Shown here: in pieces, positions 36,280 to 47,608 of the stretch
How positions within the stretch are numbered: position 1 is the first letter of the stretch
Layout of the letters: each line of letters opens with the position of its first letter
Source of the DNA: Podarcis muralis
Taxonomy: Eukaryota
Reading direction: 5' to 3'
NCBI RefSeq assembly: GCF_964188315.1
Contig: NC_135670.1
Coordinates: 1,178,001 to 1,242,000, forward strand
Length of the DNA: 64,000 nt
Notes under the pieces: generated by a model
Told to the model about the DNA's origin: nothing
The model's input: only the letters and a program-made list of their open reading frames with translations
The model's database searches: none
Program-made: the position numbers and the translations under genes

Positions 36280-39200
36280 ATGTGGGAACTGATAAAATGG
36301 TTTCTCACTGGATGGTTTTCATCCAAGATTATTCTATTTGGAATATTGGCATTAGTGTGGCTGCCTCAAGCTGGTTGCAGACTCCCTGTTCTTAAATCTT
36401 GCAGGGATGAGCATACTCCTAGTCTTCACAACTATTATCAGCCAGGTGATCTCATCATTGGGTACATTATTTCACAGATCTACATGTCTTCTTACCAGAT
36501 AACATTCACAAAGCATCCCTCTCAGGACGTAGGTGATGAGCTCATGTACGGAGCTAGGTTTTAATGATGATGATGATGACAATAATAATAATAATAATCT
36601 TTTCCAATAATATTATCCGGATGGTTCTATGAAGATGAGCTTTAGCTTCAGTAGTTAGGGGGGATGACCTGAGCTCATTCCTTACTTCCTTTTCAGAAAG
36701 GCATTCTGCCTCTACCGCTACCTTTTGGTATATTCTTATTTGCTGTGCTGTTGTAGATGATAATATTAGCATTAAAAGTAGTAATAAATGCAGATATTCT
36801 CTGACATTACTTCTCTCAGTAGCCATGTGTACAATTTCTGAAGCTGAGTGTACAATTGCTAAGCCTAATCCTATTATATGTAAGTATGTTCAGTCCTGAG
36901 ACTTCACTGTTGCTGGCATTATTTCTCAGATTTACATTATAGTAAGCTTTTAATAGATTTTATCTCTGTTGAATTTCTTGAACTTGCTGCACACTGCTGA
37001 GAGACTGTTGTCAAAACATGTGCTACTCCCCTGACATATTTAGAAGGCAGCTGGGCTGCCATTGACTCTGGATGGCTTCCACTTGAGGTTAGAAATGCAC
37101 TTATTTCTTAGTTTTCATGACCACAATTATCAGTTCCTGTTGTTGATCATGTGATCTTGACGTATCTTTTGACCTGATTTTTTAAAAAGTCAACAGCTGG
37201 ATTTTCTTGATTATAGGTGACAGCCAACTAAATCATGCTGAGAGTACACCCTTTGAAATCAGTATCTGTTTATTCCAATGGATCCGTTCTGAATATGATC
37301 AGCCTTGTCTCTCACCCCATATATTTACTAGATATTGTCTTGTATTTTCATGATATGACCGCCTTGATATTTATCATAGAAGTGCAAAGCAGTCCGAAAA
37401 AATAATCAAACTTCCATTGTAGGTTTCTGACTCAAAATTACCAGAACATCCTGGCCTTTGTATTTGCTGTTAGGGAGATAAATTGCAACACTCATATCTT
37501 ACCCAATGTCACCCTGGGTTTCAACATCTATGAGAATTATTTCCATCCAATATCTACACTTCAAGCCTCTATGGAAGTCCTCTGCACACGGGGAAGATTT
37601 ATCCATAACTACAAATGTGAACCCCAGAACAGTTTGGCAGCGGTCATTGGGGGACCTGACTCTAATGTCTGTCTCCACATGGCAGTCATTTTGAACAACT
37701 ATAAGATTCCACGTGTAAGTTGGCTACCCAAGGAACTGGAAGTTTATAAATCTGGGGTGGAGGCAGGAAGAGGAGTGTCTTAGAGAGTCAGGCTGCATGC
37801 TGCTTAAGGAACAATTATACACCAAGGAAAAATAATCCTTAAACTGGCTTCATGTGCAGTTCCAAACTGCCAGTGTTTGCTTCCCCGCTCCTCCACATGC
37901 AGCTGCTGGGTGACCTTGGACTAGTTGCACTTCTCTGAAGTCTCTCAGCCTCACTCACCTCACAGAGTGTTTGTTGTGGGGGAGGAAGGGAAAGGAGATT
38001 GTGAGCCGCTTTGAGACTCTTTAAGGGGAGTGAAGGGTGAGATATCAAGTCAAAACTTCTCCTTCTCCTCCTCCTCCTCCTCCTCCTCCTCCTCCTCCTC
38101 TTCTTCTTCTTCAAACTAATATTCCTTTTATGACCTCTGTTAGTCCAACTCCCTATTCACTGCAAGAACCCACAGCATTCCTAGCAAGTGGACATCCAGC
38201 TCTCCTTAAAGACCGCAGATGATTGAGAAATGCAGAAGCAGTGCTGGAGAGTCAGGCAGGAGTGTAGGTCAAACAAAATTGTGGAATCTTTACTGCCAAC
38301 TTAGCAGTTCAAAAGCACGTCAAAGTGCAAGAAGATAAATAGGTACCGCTCTGGCGGGAAGGTAAATGGCGTTTCCATGCACTTCTCTGGTTTCACCAGA
38401 AGCGGCTTAGTCATGCTGGCCACATGACCCAGAAAAACCGCCTGCGGACAAACACCAGCTCCCTCGGCCAGTAAAGCGACATGAGCCCCGCAACCCCAGA
38501 GCCTGGACTTAATTGTCAGAGGTCCCTTTACCTTTACCTTTACTGCCAATCCATGGGGGTGGAGTCCTCCGCAGCAACATTTATTTTTTTAAAAAAGAGA
38601 GAGTCCCTTAGACACAGTAACACAGTCATAGGAATTGGGGTGGGGAAGAGAGATATGTGAAAATGGCCTCTTGGACACAGCAGCTGAGTTGCCAGCCTGA
38701 TCACCATTTTGCAATATGAACCATGCCCTGGATCCAGCAATGTTCCAGGGATTTGCAATGGTGTTGGGAACAAGAGAAGATGATGGTGAAAAAATAATAT
38801 TTTGAGGAAAACCCTGCAAAGTAGTTTTCTCTTCCTACAGGGATAGATGAGAGAAAGAATAACTGTGTTTTGATAATGTCTAGAGGGGGACGGGAATCCT
38901 TCTGCTTAATAACTAGCCATCTTAGACTAGGTCTGTTTATGACCTCAATGGATGATTGGGGAAAAGCATTACATTTTGGCAAATGTATCAATGTATTTGG
39001 TGTAGGAAATCAGGTAATGGACATCAGGGGAAGACATCCGCCTCTCTCTTTGATCTGTACAGCAACATAAAAATGCAACTCAAAACACAACAAGGAGAAC
39101 TGACTTTGCTGCTTTTTCAAACTACTAATGTGTACATGGCCAGAAAAAGAAAGAAAGTTGCAAAATCATCTTTCAATTATTATTTTTTTGAAAATACCTT

Positions 39201-42200
39201 TTCCACTCTTCTCGTTTTTCTTGATTTTCTTTAGCTCACCTATAGCTCCGCTCCAGAAACCACCAGCAACCCCCAAGCTGCTTTCGAGTACTGGATGTTT
39301 CCAAGTGCATCCAGTCAACACAAGGGTCTTCTCCAATTACTGCTGCATTTTGGGTGGACGTGGATTGGAGTCCTTTATTTCAGTGTCACAAGTACAGAGA
39401 TATTTGTACAGAACATGCTTCCCATGTTTTCCCAGAACGGTATCTGCTTTGACTTCGTAGAGAAATTACCCCAAATAGATTTTTCCAGTCAGATTGAAAA
39501 AACCTTGCAGAAGGTGATTGGAACATTTAGGGTCATCATGGGAAGCAAAGCCAATGTGGTGGTCTTCCATGGTGAGACTCATACTATGATAGTTTTTAGA
39601 AATTGTATTCAGTATTTAGAGTTTTTTGATATATCGGTGAACACCCAAGGTAAGGTATGGCTTATGACAGCTGAGATGGCTTTCACGTCCCTTCCTCTTC
39701 AAAGAAGATGGAATGTAGACATCCTGCATGGTGCACTATCCTTTGCTGTTCACTCAAAAGAGGTGCTGGGGTTCCATAAATTTCTTCAGGTGAGAAATCC
39801 TGCTTTAGAAAAAGAAGATGGCTTCATCAGGGTCTTCTGGGAAAATGTATTTGAATGCTTTTTCCCCATATCCATGGTTGACACGGAGGTTGATGAAATC
39901 TGCACTGGAGAGGAGAGGCTGGAAACTCTTCCTGCATCTATTTTTGAAATGAGCATGACTAGTCACAGCTACGGTGCCCACAATGCAGTCTATGCTATCG
40001 CTCATGCTTTGCATGCCATGCAGTCATCCAGATTCAAGTGCAGAGCAACAGCGGATGAAGGAAAATGGAAGTTTCTTAATCTACATCCATGGCAGGTAAC
40101 GTTCTGAACTTAAAACTATCATAGATCTCACCCTATCCATGGGTGAAGAAACAAACCATCCTTGATTGTTTATAAATTAGTGGTGGGTAATCTGGCTCTG
40201 CCTTAATTTGCAATTCCCTCAATGACTTCAGAATCTGACATTATAAACTCACACAGAAGTTGTATTTCATAATTTTATTAGAATTAAAATTTGCTCCAAT
40301 ATGAGGTGGCCTGTGGACCTTTTAAGCCAGGCATAGGCAAACTCTGACCCTCCAGTTGTTTGGAACTACAATTCCCATCATCCCTAGCTAACAGGACCAG
40401 TGGTCAGGGATGATGGGAAATGTAGCCCCGCAACATCTGGAGGGGCGGAGTTTGCCTATGCCTGTTTTAAGCATTCTGCTCATTATCTTTAACTTCCTTA
40501 ATTGTACAAGTCTGTCTTGAGAGTCTTGGAAGCAAATATGCCCTATGCACTCTTTACAAGTGGGCCTGTAACTGTCCTTGGGTGTCACTGGGATGTTTTA
40601 CAAAAAGAAAGGCAGCTTTCATCTATTATTGTATATGTATATTGAATTCTTTTCCTTAAGAATGCATCCTTGACATGTTCCCTTGACATGGTTTTCTCCA
40701 TGCATTCAAAGCATACATGAAAAGTGGAGTGGTACTATGCGCATTGGCCTCACCACCACCACAAGTGATCATTGCCATTGGCTTCATACCCCAGGCACCT
40801 CTCTATTCTTTGAAGATATATGAAGCTTTACAGGTGAAGGCTTCTCTGTGCAACTGGGAGCCCTGATCATGAAAGTTTTCCAAATGATGTTTGACTGTAT
40901 GTCCACAGCTCCCACACTATAATTTTGCCTAATAAGTGGAGGTTTTGGAGGTAGAGCTTATTGGAATGCTCACACAGTTGGGAGAGTCAGCGTAGGGTAA
41001 ATCAGGGTTTCCCAAACTTGGGTCTCCAGCTGTCTTTGGACTACAGTTCCTCTCATCCCTGACCACTGGTCCCGCTAGCCAGGAATGATGGGAGTTGTAA
41101 TCCAACAACAGCTGGAGACCCAAGTTTGGGAAACCCTGGGGTAAATGAATGGAGACATACAAATGAAGAGTTTTGGTTTAGCACAGAAGAGGATAAGCAG
41201 ACAATGAGTCCATGCCCACCTCTTCCCCCCAAGTCTTAACCTTTTTATTAGTTCATCCTTATATAAGCCCAATGATTGGATCAGGGAACAAATCTACCAT
41301 GACAGCACCTCTTTTATTTGCTCTTCTATATTGCCTCTAATTTGATCATCGGCATTTTTACGGTGCAAATGTGTTTCTCCCCTCTGTTTAGATGGTCCAC
41401 TTTCTGAGAAGTGCTACATTTAACAACAGTGCCGGGGATACGATTTCCTTTGACCAAAATGGGGAATTGTTAGGTGGACTTGATATTATCAACTGGGTTA
41501 CTTTCCCCAACCAGTCTTTCGTTAGAGTAAAGGTGGGAAAGATAGACCCTAATGCTCCCACAGACAAAGTGTTTGCCATTTCCGATGGTATCATCAGATG
41601 GCCTGACAGATTCAACCAGGTAGGACCAGTGGTGACGCTACCTGCTACAACACTGGGAGTGGCGTACATCCGGGGGCATGGCTGACACGCGTCCCAGGGG
41701 GCATGGCACGTGTAGTGATATTGGGAAATCTTAGTAGAATAAAACTTTGGCTCATGCAGAAGAAGAGCATTATAGGAGAGCCAAAAAAAAAAACAAAAAC
41801 TGTAGAATGCTGGGAATGTGTATCTGGGTTTAATTGCAGACTTTCTGTCTTTAGAAGTGTGAACCGGGTTATCTCCTTCATCTGCAGGGAGAGAGCTTCT
41901 ATTTGATTTGAAGTTTTGACACCTGGGGTCTCGGATGTAGATTCAGTATGAAAAGGCTATCAGGCTAAATTTACAACTAAAAGGAATCTGGTGTGTCTCT
42001 GGGAATGAGAGGAGGACGCTTTGATTCTCAAGGTCCTTATGAATAAATAGACTTCAGCTGTCGAGTCTCCTAACAAGCCTGAGTTATTGTTCCCCCATGT
42101 AACCATTGGTGAATTGCTAATTAATCTAAAGAACTGATTGGCTCCTAAGTTGTGTACCCCTGTGGGATCCTAAGGGATAAAACTTCAAGAAATTTAGTTG

Positions 42201-45200
42201 CAAATCGCAGACCATCTTGCCAGGCTTACCATCTTGTCATGCAAAGCCTTTGCTATGCAGAGCAGCCTGCCCTGGGCCTGGGGGCGCGGGACCAGCCGAG
42301 ACACTCTTTTGAATTGCTAAGCTTTGTATTTCTGTTCCTGCTTTCAGTATGTGCCTAGTCAGTGATATTCTATAATGTTTTTATTTTCTGTTTGAAACCT
42401 GTGAGAAATATGTATGCTTTTATTTTCTGAAATGATCCTTTTTTAATAAATTGGGAAAAGGACTTTTGCTTTCTTGTGTTCTGTGCCTTTTACTGGGGAA
42501 GCTGAACCAGTGCCTAATTCACTCAGATGCCTACCAGAGTACCTGTTGGATTTCTGGCTGTGTCACGGTAAAGTGACATAGAGTGGGGCAGTCCGGTAAA
42601 TACTGAAAGGTGATCCTCCTCCTGGATTCCTTTTGGGGGACTGATCTGAATAGGAGGCGGTGGAAGCATACTACTGTTTGACTCGTATTCCGCAAACCCT
42701 TTCACGTCCCTCTCCCTCTCCCTACCAGGTCTTGCTGGAGTTGGAGGACTGGTGAGGGGGGAGTGGATAGCGCGTGTGAATGCTACAGCATGCATCAGGG
42801 GGGCTGTGCAGTGAGCATCCCGAGGAGCGGGGCAGCCGCGATGTTGCCCCCTGGATGGAACCCATGGCAGCCGCCCCCCGCCTGCCCCCACCTTCATCCA
42901 CCAGTGACTAGGGCCTGTACACACTTCTACATGTATGCACTTAATTTCTGCATTTAAAAAACCTCTCAAAACAAAGCAAAAACAGTTCATTGCCTAGTCC
43001 AGTGATGCTGCCAAATTCTGCATGTCAAGTGCTCTGAAAGTGAAGCTGGAAAAGCAACCCCACCTTTCATCACCCACTTGCTTATTTAGCTGCATCACTT
43101 AGTGCTACTCCTCCCCCCCCCCTCAAACAAGATGTATGACTGCATTCTCAAATTGTGAAAATGTTGGGGACTTACAGGATCTAGGAAAGGGGATATTTGA
43201 AGAATTTCATTGATAAACTTATCACAGTAGCTTCCAAAACTCTGTCCAGCCAGCAGCCACGGGACTAATTTTTCACAAAATACATTGGTAGGCACAAATA
43301 AATGGCAACCCCTTCTTCTTCAGCCGCCCATTTCTTAAGAAAACATCACAAAGCTTTCAGAACACTATTTTCCCGTAACTGTTAAAACAAGCCCCTCTTT
43401 CATTTATCAACAGGCTCAACCTCTTTCTCTATGCAATGACAAATGCTCTTTGGGTTACAGTAGAAAGAAGAAAGAGGGAAAGCCACCTTGTTGCTATGAT
43501 TGTCTTCCATGTCCAGAAGGAAAGGTATCAAACCAGATAGGTAAGAAATGGGTGTTTTTTTATGGAATACGTCAAGTATTTGGGCATACAGTTGTATTAG
43601 AATTTCATTTCACTCAGGTCTAAAAATTCATTCAAAGTGGGAAAATTATTAGAGGCCATACAGAAAATATGGTTGTTTCAGAATGACCAGGGATGACATA
43701 AATGGATACCCATAATTTGGGAATTATTTGTGTGTGTAGTAAGGTTGACCAAAATGCTAATATCAGCCGTCTCTCTCTGTGTGTGCTTCTCTGTGTGTAG
43801 TGACTATAAAGAGTATATAATGATGATTGCATATAACAATGTCTGGATGTGCTGGTAAGAATCTTTTTAAACTGCATGCAGACTTTATAAGGTCTAAAGT
43901 CGAAGTGGACTTATTTTTGGTTATCTATTTATGTATGCTATATTGTTACGGCAAGGAGAATATACATTTTACATATTTGGGTCTTCCTGGTGGTTTAATT
44001 ATTTTTTGGGAGATCCTTATTGTGTTTAGGAATTATATCTACAGTCTATCTATATACATACACATTATAGGTGTTCAAAAGCCCAAGGTGGTTGAATGTG
44101 CATGTGTACTCCATTTCCCTCCCTCCCTCCCACCCCCTCCATGCTGCCCCGGGTGCTGGCAACCCCTGCTATGCCACTGAAGCACATTGAGTCAAATGCA
44201 CCTGGAATACCCCTTTGCTGCTTCAATAGATGATGTAACAGTGAGTGGGCATGGTCAACATGCACAGGGATATGGGAGATGGGACCAGTGCATTTATGAC
44301 CAGTCCCCTACATACTGTATTTTAAGCCCATAACTACATCTGTAAGGAGACATTGCATGTTAGGAAATCGACTCTAATTATGAAACAAATGTCATCATTT
44401 GTATGCTAGGCCTGAAGAGACAGAAGAACATTCACTGGCTTTGTTTTACTTTTCTTTTTCAGACATGGACGTCTGCTTTCAGTGTCAAGAAGATCATTAT
44501 CCAAATAATAACAAAACTTTTTGCATTCCAAAATATATAACTTTCTTGTCCTATGGAGAATCTTTAGGCTACAGCATTGCCATTTCTGCCCTCACTTTTT
44601 CTTTCTCCACAGTTTGGGTGCTTTGGATCTTTGTTAAGCACCGAAACACCCCCATCGTCAAAGCCAACAACCGGAACCTCACCTACACTCTCCTCATCTC
44701 CCTCATTCTCTCTTTCCTTTGTGCTTTGCTATTTATTGGCCAACCTGGAAAGCTGACCTGCCTCCTTAGACAAGCTGCATTTGGCATCATCTTCTCAGTG
44801 TCAATTTCTTGCATCTTGGCCAAAACTGCCATTGTGATTCTCGCTTTCATGGCCACCAAGCCAGGATCCAATATGAGGACATGGATGGGGAAAGATCTGG
44901 CCAGCTCCATTGTTCTATGCTTCTCCTTTATTCAAGCCACCATTTGCACAGTGTGGCTGGTAACTTCTCCTCCATTCCCAGATATGGACATGCACTCCAT
45001 GACTAAAGAAATTATACTGGAGTGTAATGAAGGTTCCACTATCATGTTCTATTCAGTCCTGGGCTTTATGGGCTTCCTGGCCATTGTCAGCTTTGCTGTG
45101 GCCTTCCTAGCCAGGAAGTTGCCTGACAGCTTCAATGAAGCCAAGTTCATCACCTTCAGCATGATGGTGTTCTGCAGTGTTTGGTTGTCTTTTATTCCAA

Positions 45201-45382
45201 CCTACCTGAGCACCAAAGGGAAGTACATGGTGGCTGTGGAGATCTTCTCTATCTTAGCCTCCAGCTTGGGGCTACTGGGTTGCATCTTTCCCCCAAAATG
45301 TTACATCATTTTGATGAGACCAGAATTGAACAACAAAGAACAACTTATGAGGAAAAAAGTAAAGAATTTTAAGCCCAAATAG
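36280..45382 (+). CDS. V2R gene 4: vomeronasal type-2 receptor, 6 exons, ~897 aa if an upstream ATG is used (start uncertain)
   Basis: Exons 36280(or 36250/36253/36274)-36545, 37423-37714, 39235-40095, 41392-41619, 43414-43540, 44463-45382. Frame is open throughout. The position homologous to the paralog ATG is ATT (36328). Confidence 0.88.
36788..36990 (+). pseudogene. Dead V2R exon-1 copy in intron 1 of gene 4
   Basis: Frame from 36801 reads [45 protein letters not shown], aligning to gene 3 [47 protein letters not shown]->TGA stop at 36897. ATG 36788 is out of frame. Confidence 0.85.
37869..38112 (+). mobile_element. tRNA-derived SINE family A with deleted head
   Basis: GCCAGTGT joined directly to TTGCTTCCCCGCTCC (promoter region missing). 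(CCT)n(CTT)n tail. Confidence 0.8.
38300..38541 (+). mobile_element. Sauria SINE, 5'-truncated
   Basis: 3' two-thirds with (ACCTTT)n tail. TTTACTGCCAA repeated at both junctions. Confidence 0.85.
40328..40464. mobile_element. hAT MITE
   Basis: TIRs CAGGCATAGGCAAACT / AGTTTGCCTATGCCTG, 8-bp TSD TTTTAAGC. Confidence 0.92.
41003..41138. mobile_element. hAT MITE
   Basis: TIRs CAGGGTTTCCCAAACTTGGGTCTCCAGCTG and reverse complement, 8-bp TSD GGGTAAAT. Confidence 0.92.
41711..42578 (+). mobile_element. LTR-like segment within a GC-rich repeat
   Basis: TG...CA ends, AATAAA near 42446. No TSD found, so boundaries are approximate. Confidence 0.35.
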
Positions 45383-45600
45383 TCTCAAGCCAGCTCTTTG
45401 AATCAAATTTACGATTCAAGTCTATTTTCAATGTAAACCTAATCACACCTGTAGGGGAATCATGTTGAACTCAAAGTAATTTACTTCCTATTAAACATAG
45501 GTTGAAATGGTGCATTCCCTTGTAGTAAATGGCACTTTATTGTTGATTCAGTTATTTCCATTGAAAATCATGATTAATTTTAATTGCACTCGGTGCTAAG

Positions 45601-45603
45601 TTT

Positions 45604-45667
<64 letters not shown>
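45601..45667. repeat. (TTTC)n microsatellite
   Basis: Direct reading. Confidence 0.95.
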
Positions 45668-45714
45668 AATTTGGTGACTTAGTCCACCTTTCATCCATTG
45701 ATGACAGGGTGGGA

Positions 45715-45835
45715 TAAAGGTTGGTTGGCATCCATCTGTTTGAGAGACAATAGGGAGGGCGTCCAGAGGTGAAATCAAACCACTGCGTTAGCAGCAGCAA
45801 AACGACTTACCTGGGGCATGAACCTGAATGGTGTG
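45715..45835 (+). mobile_element. Interspersed repeat fragment (possibly an RTE-LINE 5' region)
   Basis: GTTGGCATCCATCT..GAGAGACAA..AAACCACTG.GTTAGCA is shared with 63535-63690. Confidence 0.45.
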
Positions 45836-46477
45836 CATGGGGTGTCAGGGACGAACCAGAGGTCTCAAGTTCCCCAGAGGGAGGGGGAAGCCTGGGAGCA
45901 GAAGATGTGGACGAGGTGACTGAGGGGGAGGGAGGAAAGGAAGAGAGAGAGATTGGAATAAGCCCAGGAACTTTCCGTCTCTACAGCCCTTCCTGCTTAG
46001 GGCAAACCTCTTACATCTGTTGTCAATAAAGTTGTGGTCTGATTTCACAAAAATATTGGTTGTCATGTCTCTTATTCTTAGAATTGGGGAGGACAGAAGA
46101 GTGTGGAGGGGATGCCTTGCTACACAAGCATATATTTCCCACAAAAGAGACACAAACCTTTTGATTCCTGGGAGGTCACCTGAGTATCAATCTGTACAGC
46201 AATGTGATCCTTCAGGAGTAAAATTATACCCTGATAAAACTGAACTTCAACTTCCTAGTCAACTATACTTGTTGTTTTGCTGTTGGCTTTTATTTTAATC
46301 TCTACATCAACACTCAGCCTAGGCCAGACCAGTGTCAGTCTTAAAAACTTGGGCTCCTATCACACTAAGCTTTCAGTCATGTCTCCGTAGCACAGCAATG
46401 CAGATCTATGAGCAGCAAAAAAACACTCTATTTTAATAGTTATAAGGTTTTTCTGTCCTTATATTGTCTATATGCTC

Positions 46478-46883
46478 TATTCATGAATATAGTCAATAAG
46501 TTGTTCATTTTTCACACTCCCACCACACATGAAGGAAAGTGTCCTTGTGACTGCAAGCTCTCCAGTACAATGGTTGGGTGTCACACAGTAATGTTTTTGA
46601 AAATAATCAGCGTCTTGGTATTTTCTCACGCCAGTGTGGTGTAGTGGTTAAGAGCGGTGGACTCGTAATCTGGTGAACCGGCTTCACTTCCCCGCTCCTC
46701 CACATGCAGCTGCTGGGTGACCTTGGGCTAGTCACACTTCTCTGAAGTCTCTCAGCCTCACTCACCTCACAGAGTGTTTGTTGTGGGGGAGGAAGGGAAA
46801 GAAGAATGTTAGCTGCTTTGAGACTCCTTCGGGTAGTGATAAAGCAGGATATCAAATCCAAACTCCTCCTCCTCCTCCTCTTC
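46478..46883 (+). repeat. Inverted copy of gene 5 intron-3 segment (~150-nt unique flank + SINE family A)
   Basis: Reverse complement of ~50199-50600. First ~92 nt identical, shared diagnostic GCTTCACTTCCCC. Confidence 0.92.
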
Positions 46884-47038
46884 TATATGTCTCTGTTAGG
46901 GTGTTTGGGGGTATGAGAATGTACTGAAATCTTGTAAAGAACACGCAGCAGCAGCAGCAACAACCCTGGGATTTTGTGCAGGCTTTCCCTGATCCATAAG
47001 ATGAAAGCCTGTCTCATCTGTAGGAATTCTTGTTCCCA

Positions 47039-47168
47039 CAGAATCATAGAGTTGGAAAAGACCATGAGGATAAGCTAGTCCAACCACTGCAATGCAGGAA
47101 TCTTATGCCCAAAGTGGAGTTGAACCCATGACCCTGAGGTTATAAGTCTCATGCCCTACAAACTGAGC
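47039..47168 (-). mobile_element. tRNA-Lys-headed SINE with CR1-like tail
   Basis: Reverse complement: GCTCAGTTTGTAGGGCATGAGACTTATAACCTCAGGGTCATGGGTTCAACTCC...TTCCAACTCTATGATTC. Confidence 0.7.
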
Positions 47169-47608
47169 ACAGAGTTGAACTCTGGAAGTCTAATGATTAA
47201 GTGAGAATGTATCCAGCTAGCTCTGTCATGAGGTGTTGAGCATAGATCACATGAAAAAGGATACAATTACAGATCTGTTTTTATATGCAGTTTTGTTATT
47301 AGTTATAAATTTTCCTCAGTGATATAGGTTTTATATATATATATTGTACACCACTTAATAATCTCAATAAAGGTACAATAAACTCCACCCTACAAGTGTT
47401 TTGCTGTAAGGAAAATTTTGTGGCATGGTAAACATTTTAAATCGCCATTTCAACTCTTTCTTTCTTTGATGCATGTGAGGAGAGTAGATCAAAGGTTTCA
47501 GCAGGATAGCACAGAATCATGCTTTGTATAAAGCCACATATGAGTTTATCTGATATTTTAGAGGAAACAAAAATAGAAATTAAGGAAATAGGTTGAATAT
47601 TTGGAACG

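Noticed and set aside
45843-46095. Second solo LTR
   Set aside because: TG/CA ends and AATAAA are present, but no TSD was found and the boundaries are ambiguous.
47105-47168. tRNA-Lys-like sequence as a tRNA gene
   Set aside because: Mismatched stems and fused to a CR1-type 3' end, so SINE-derived.
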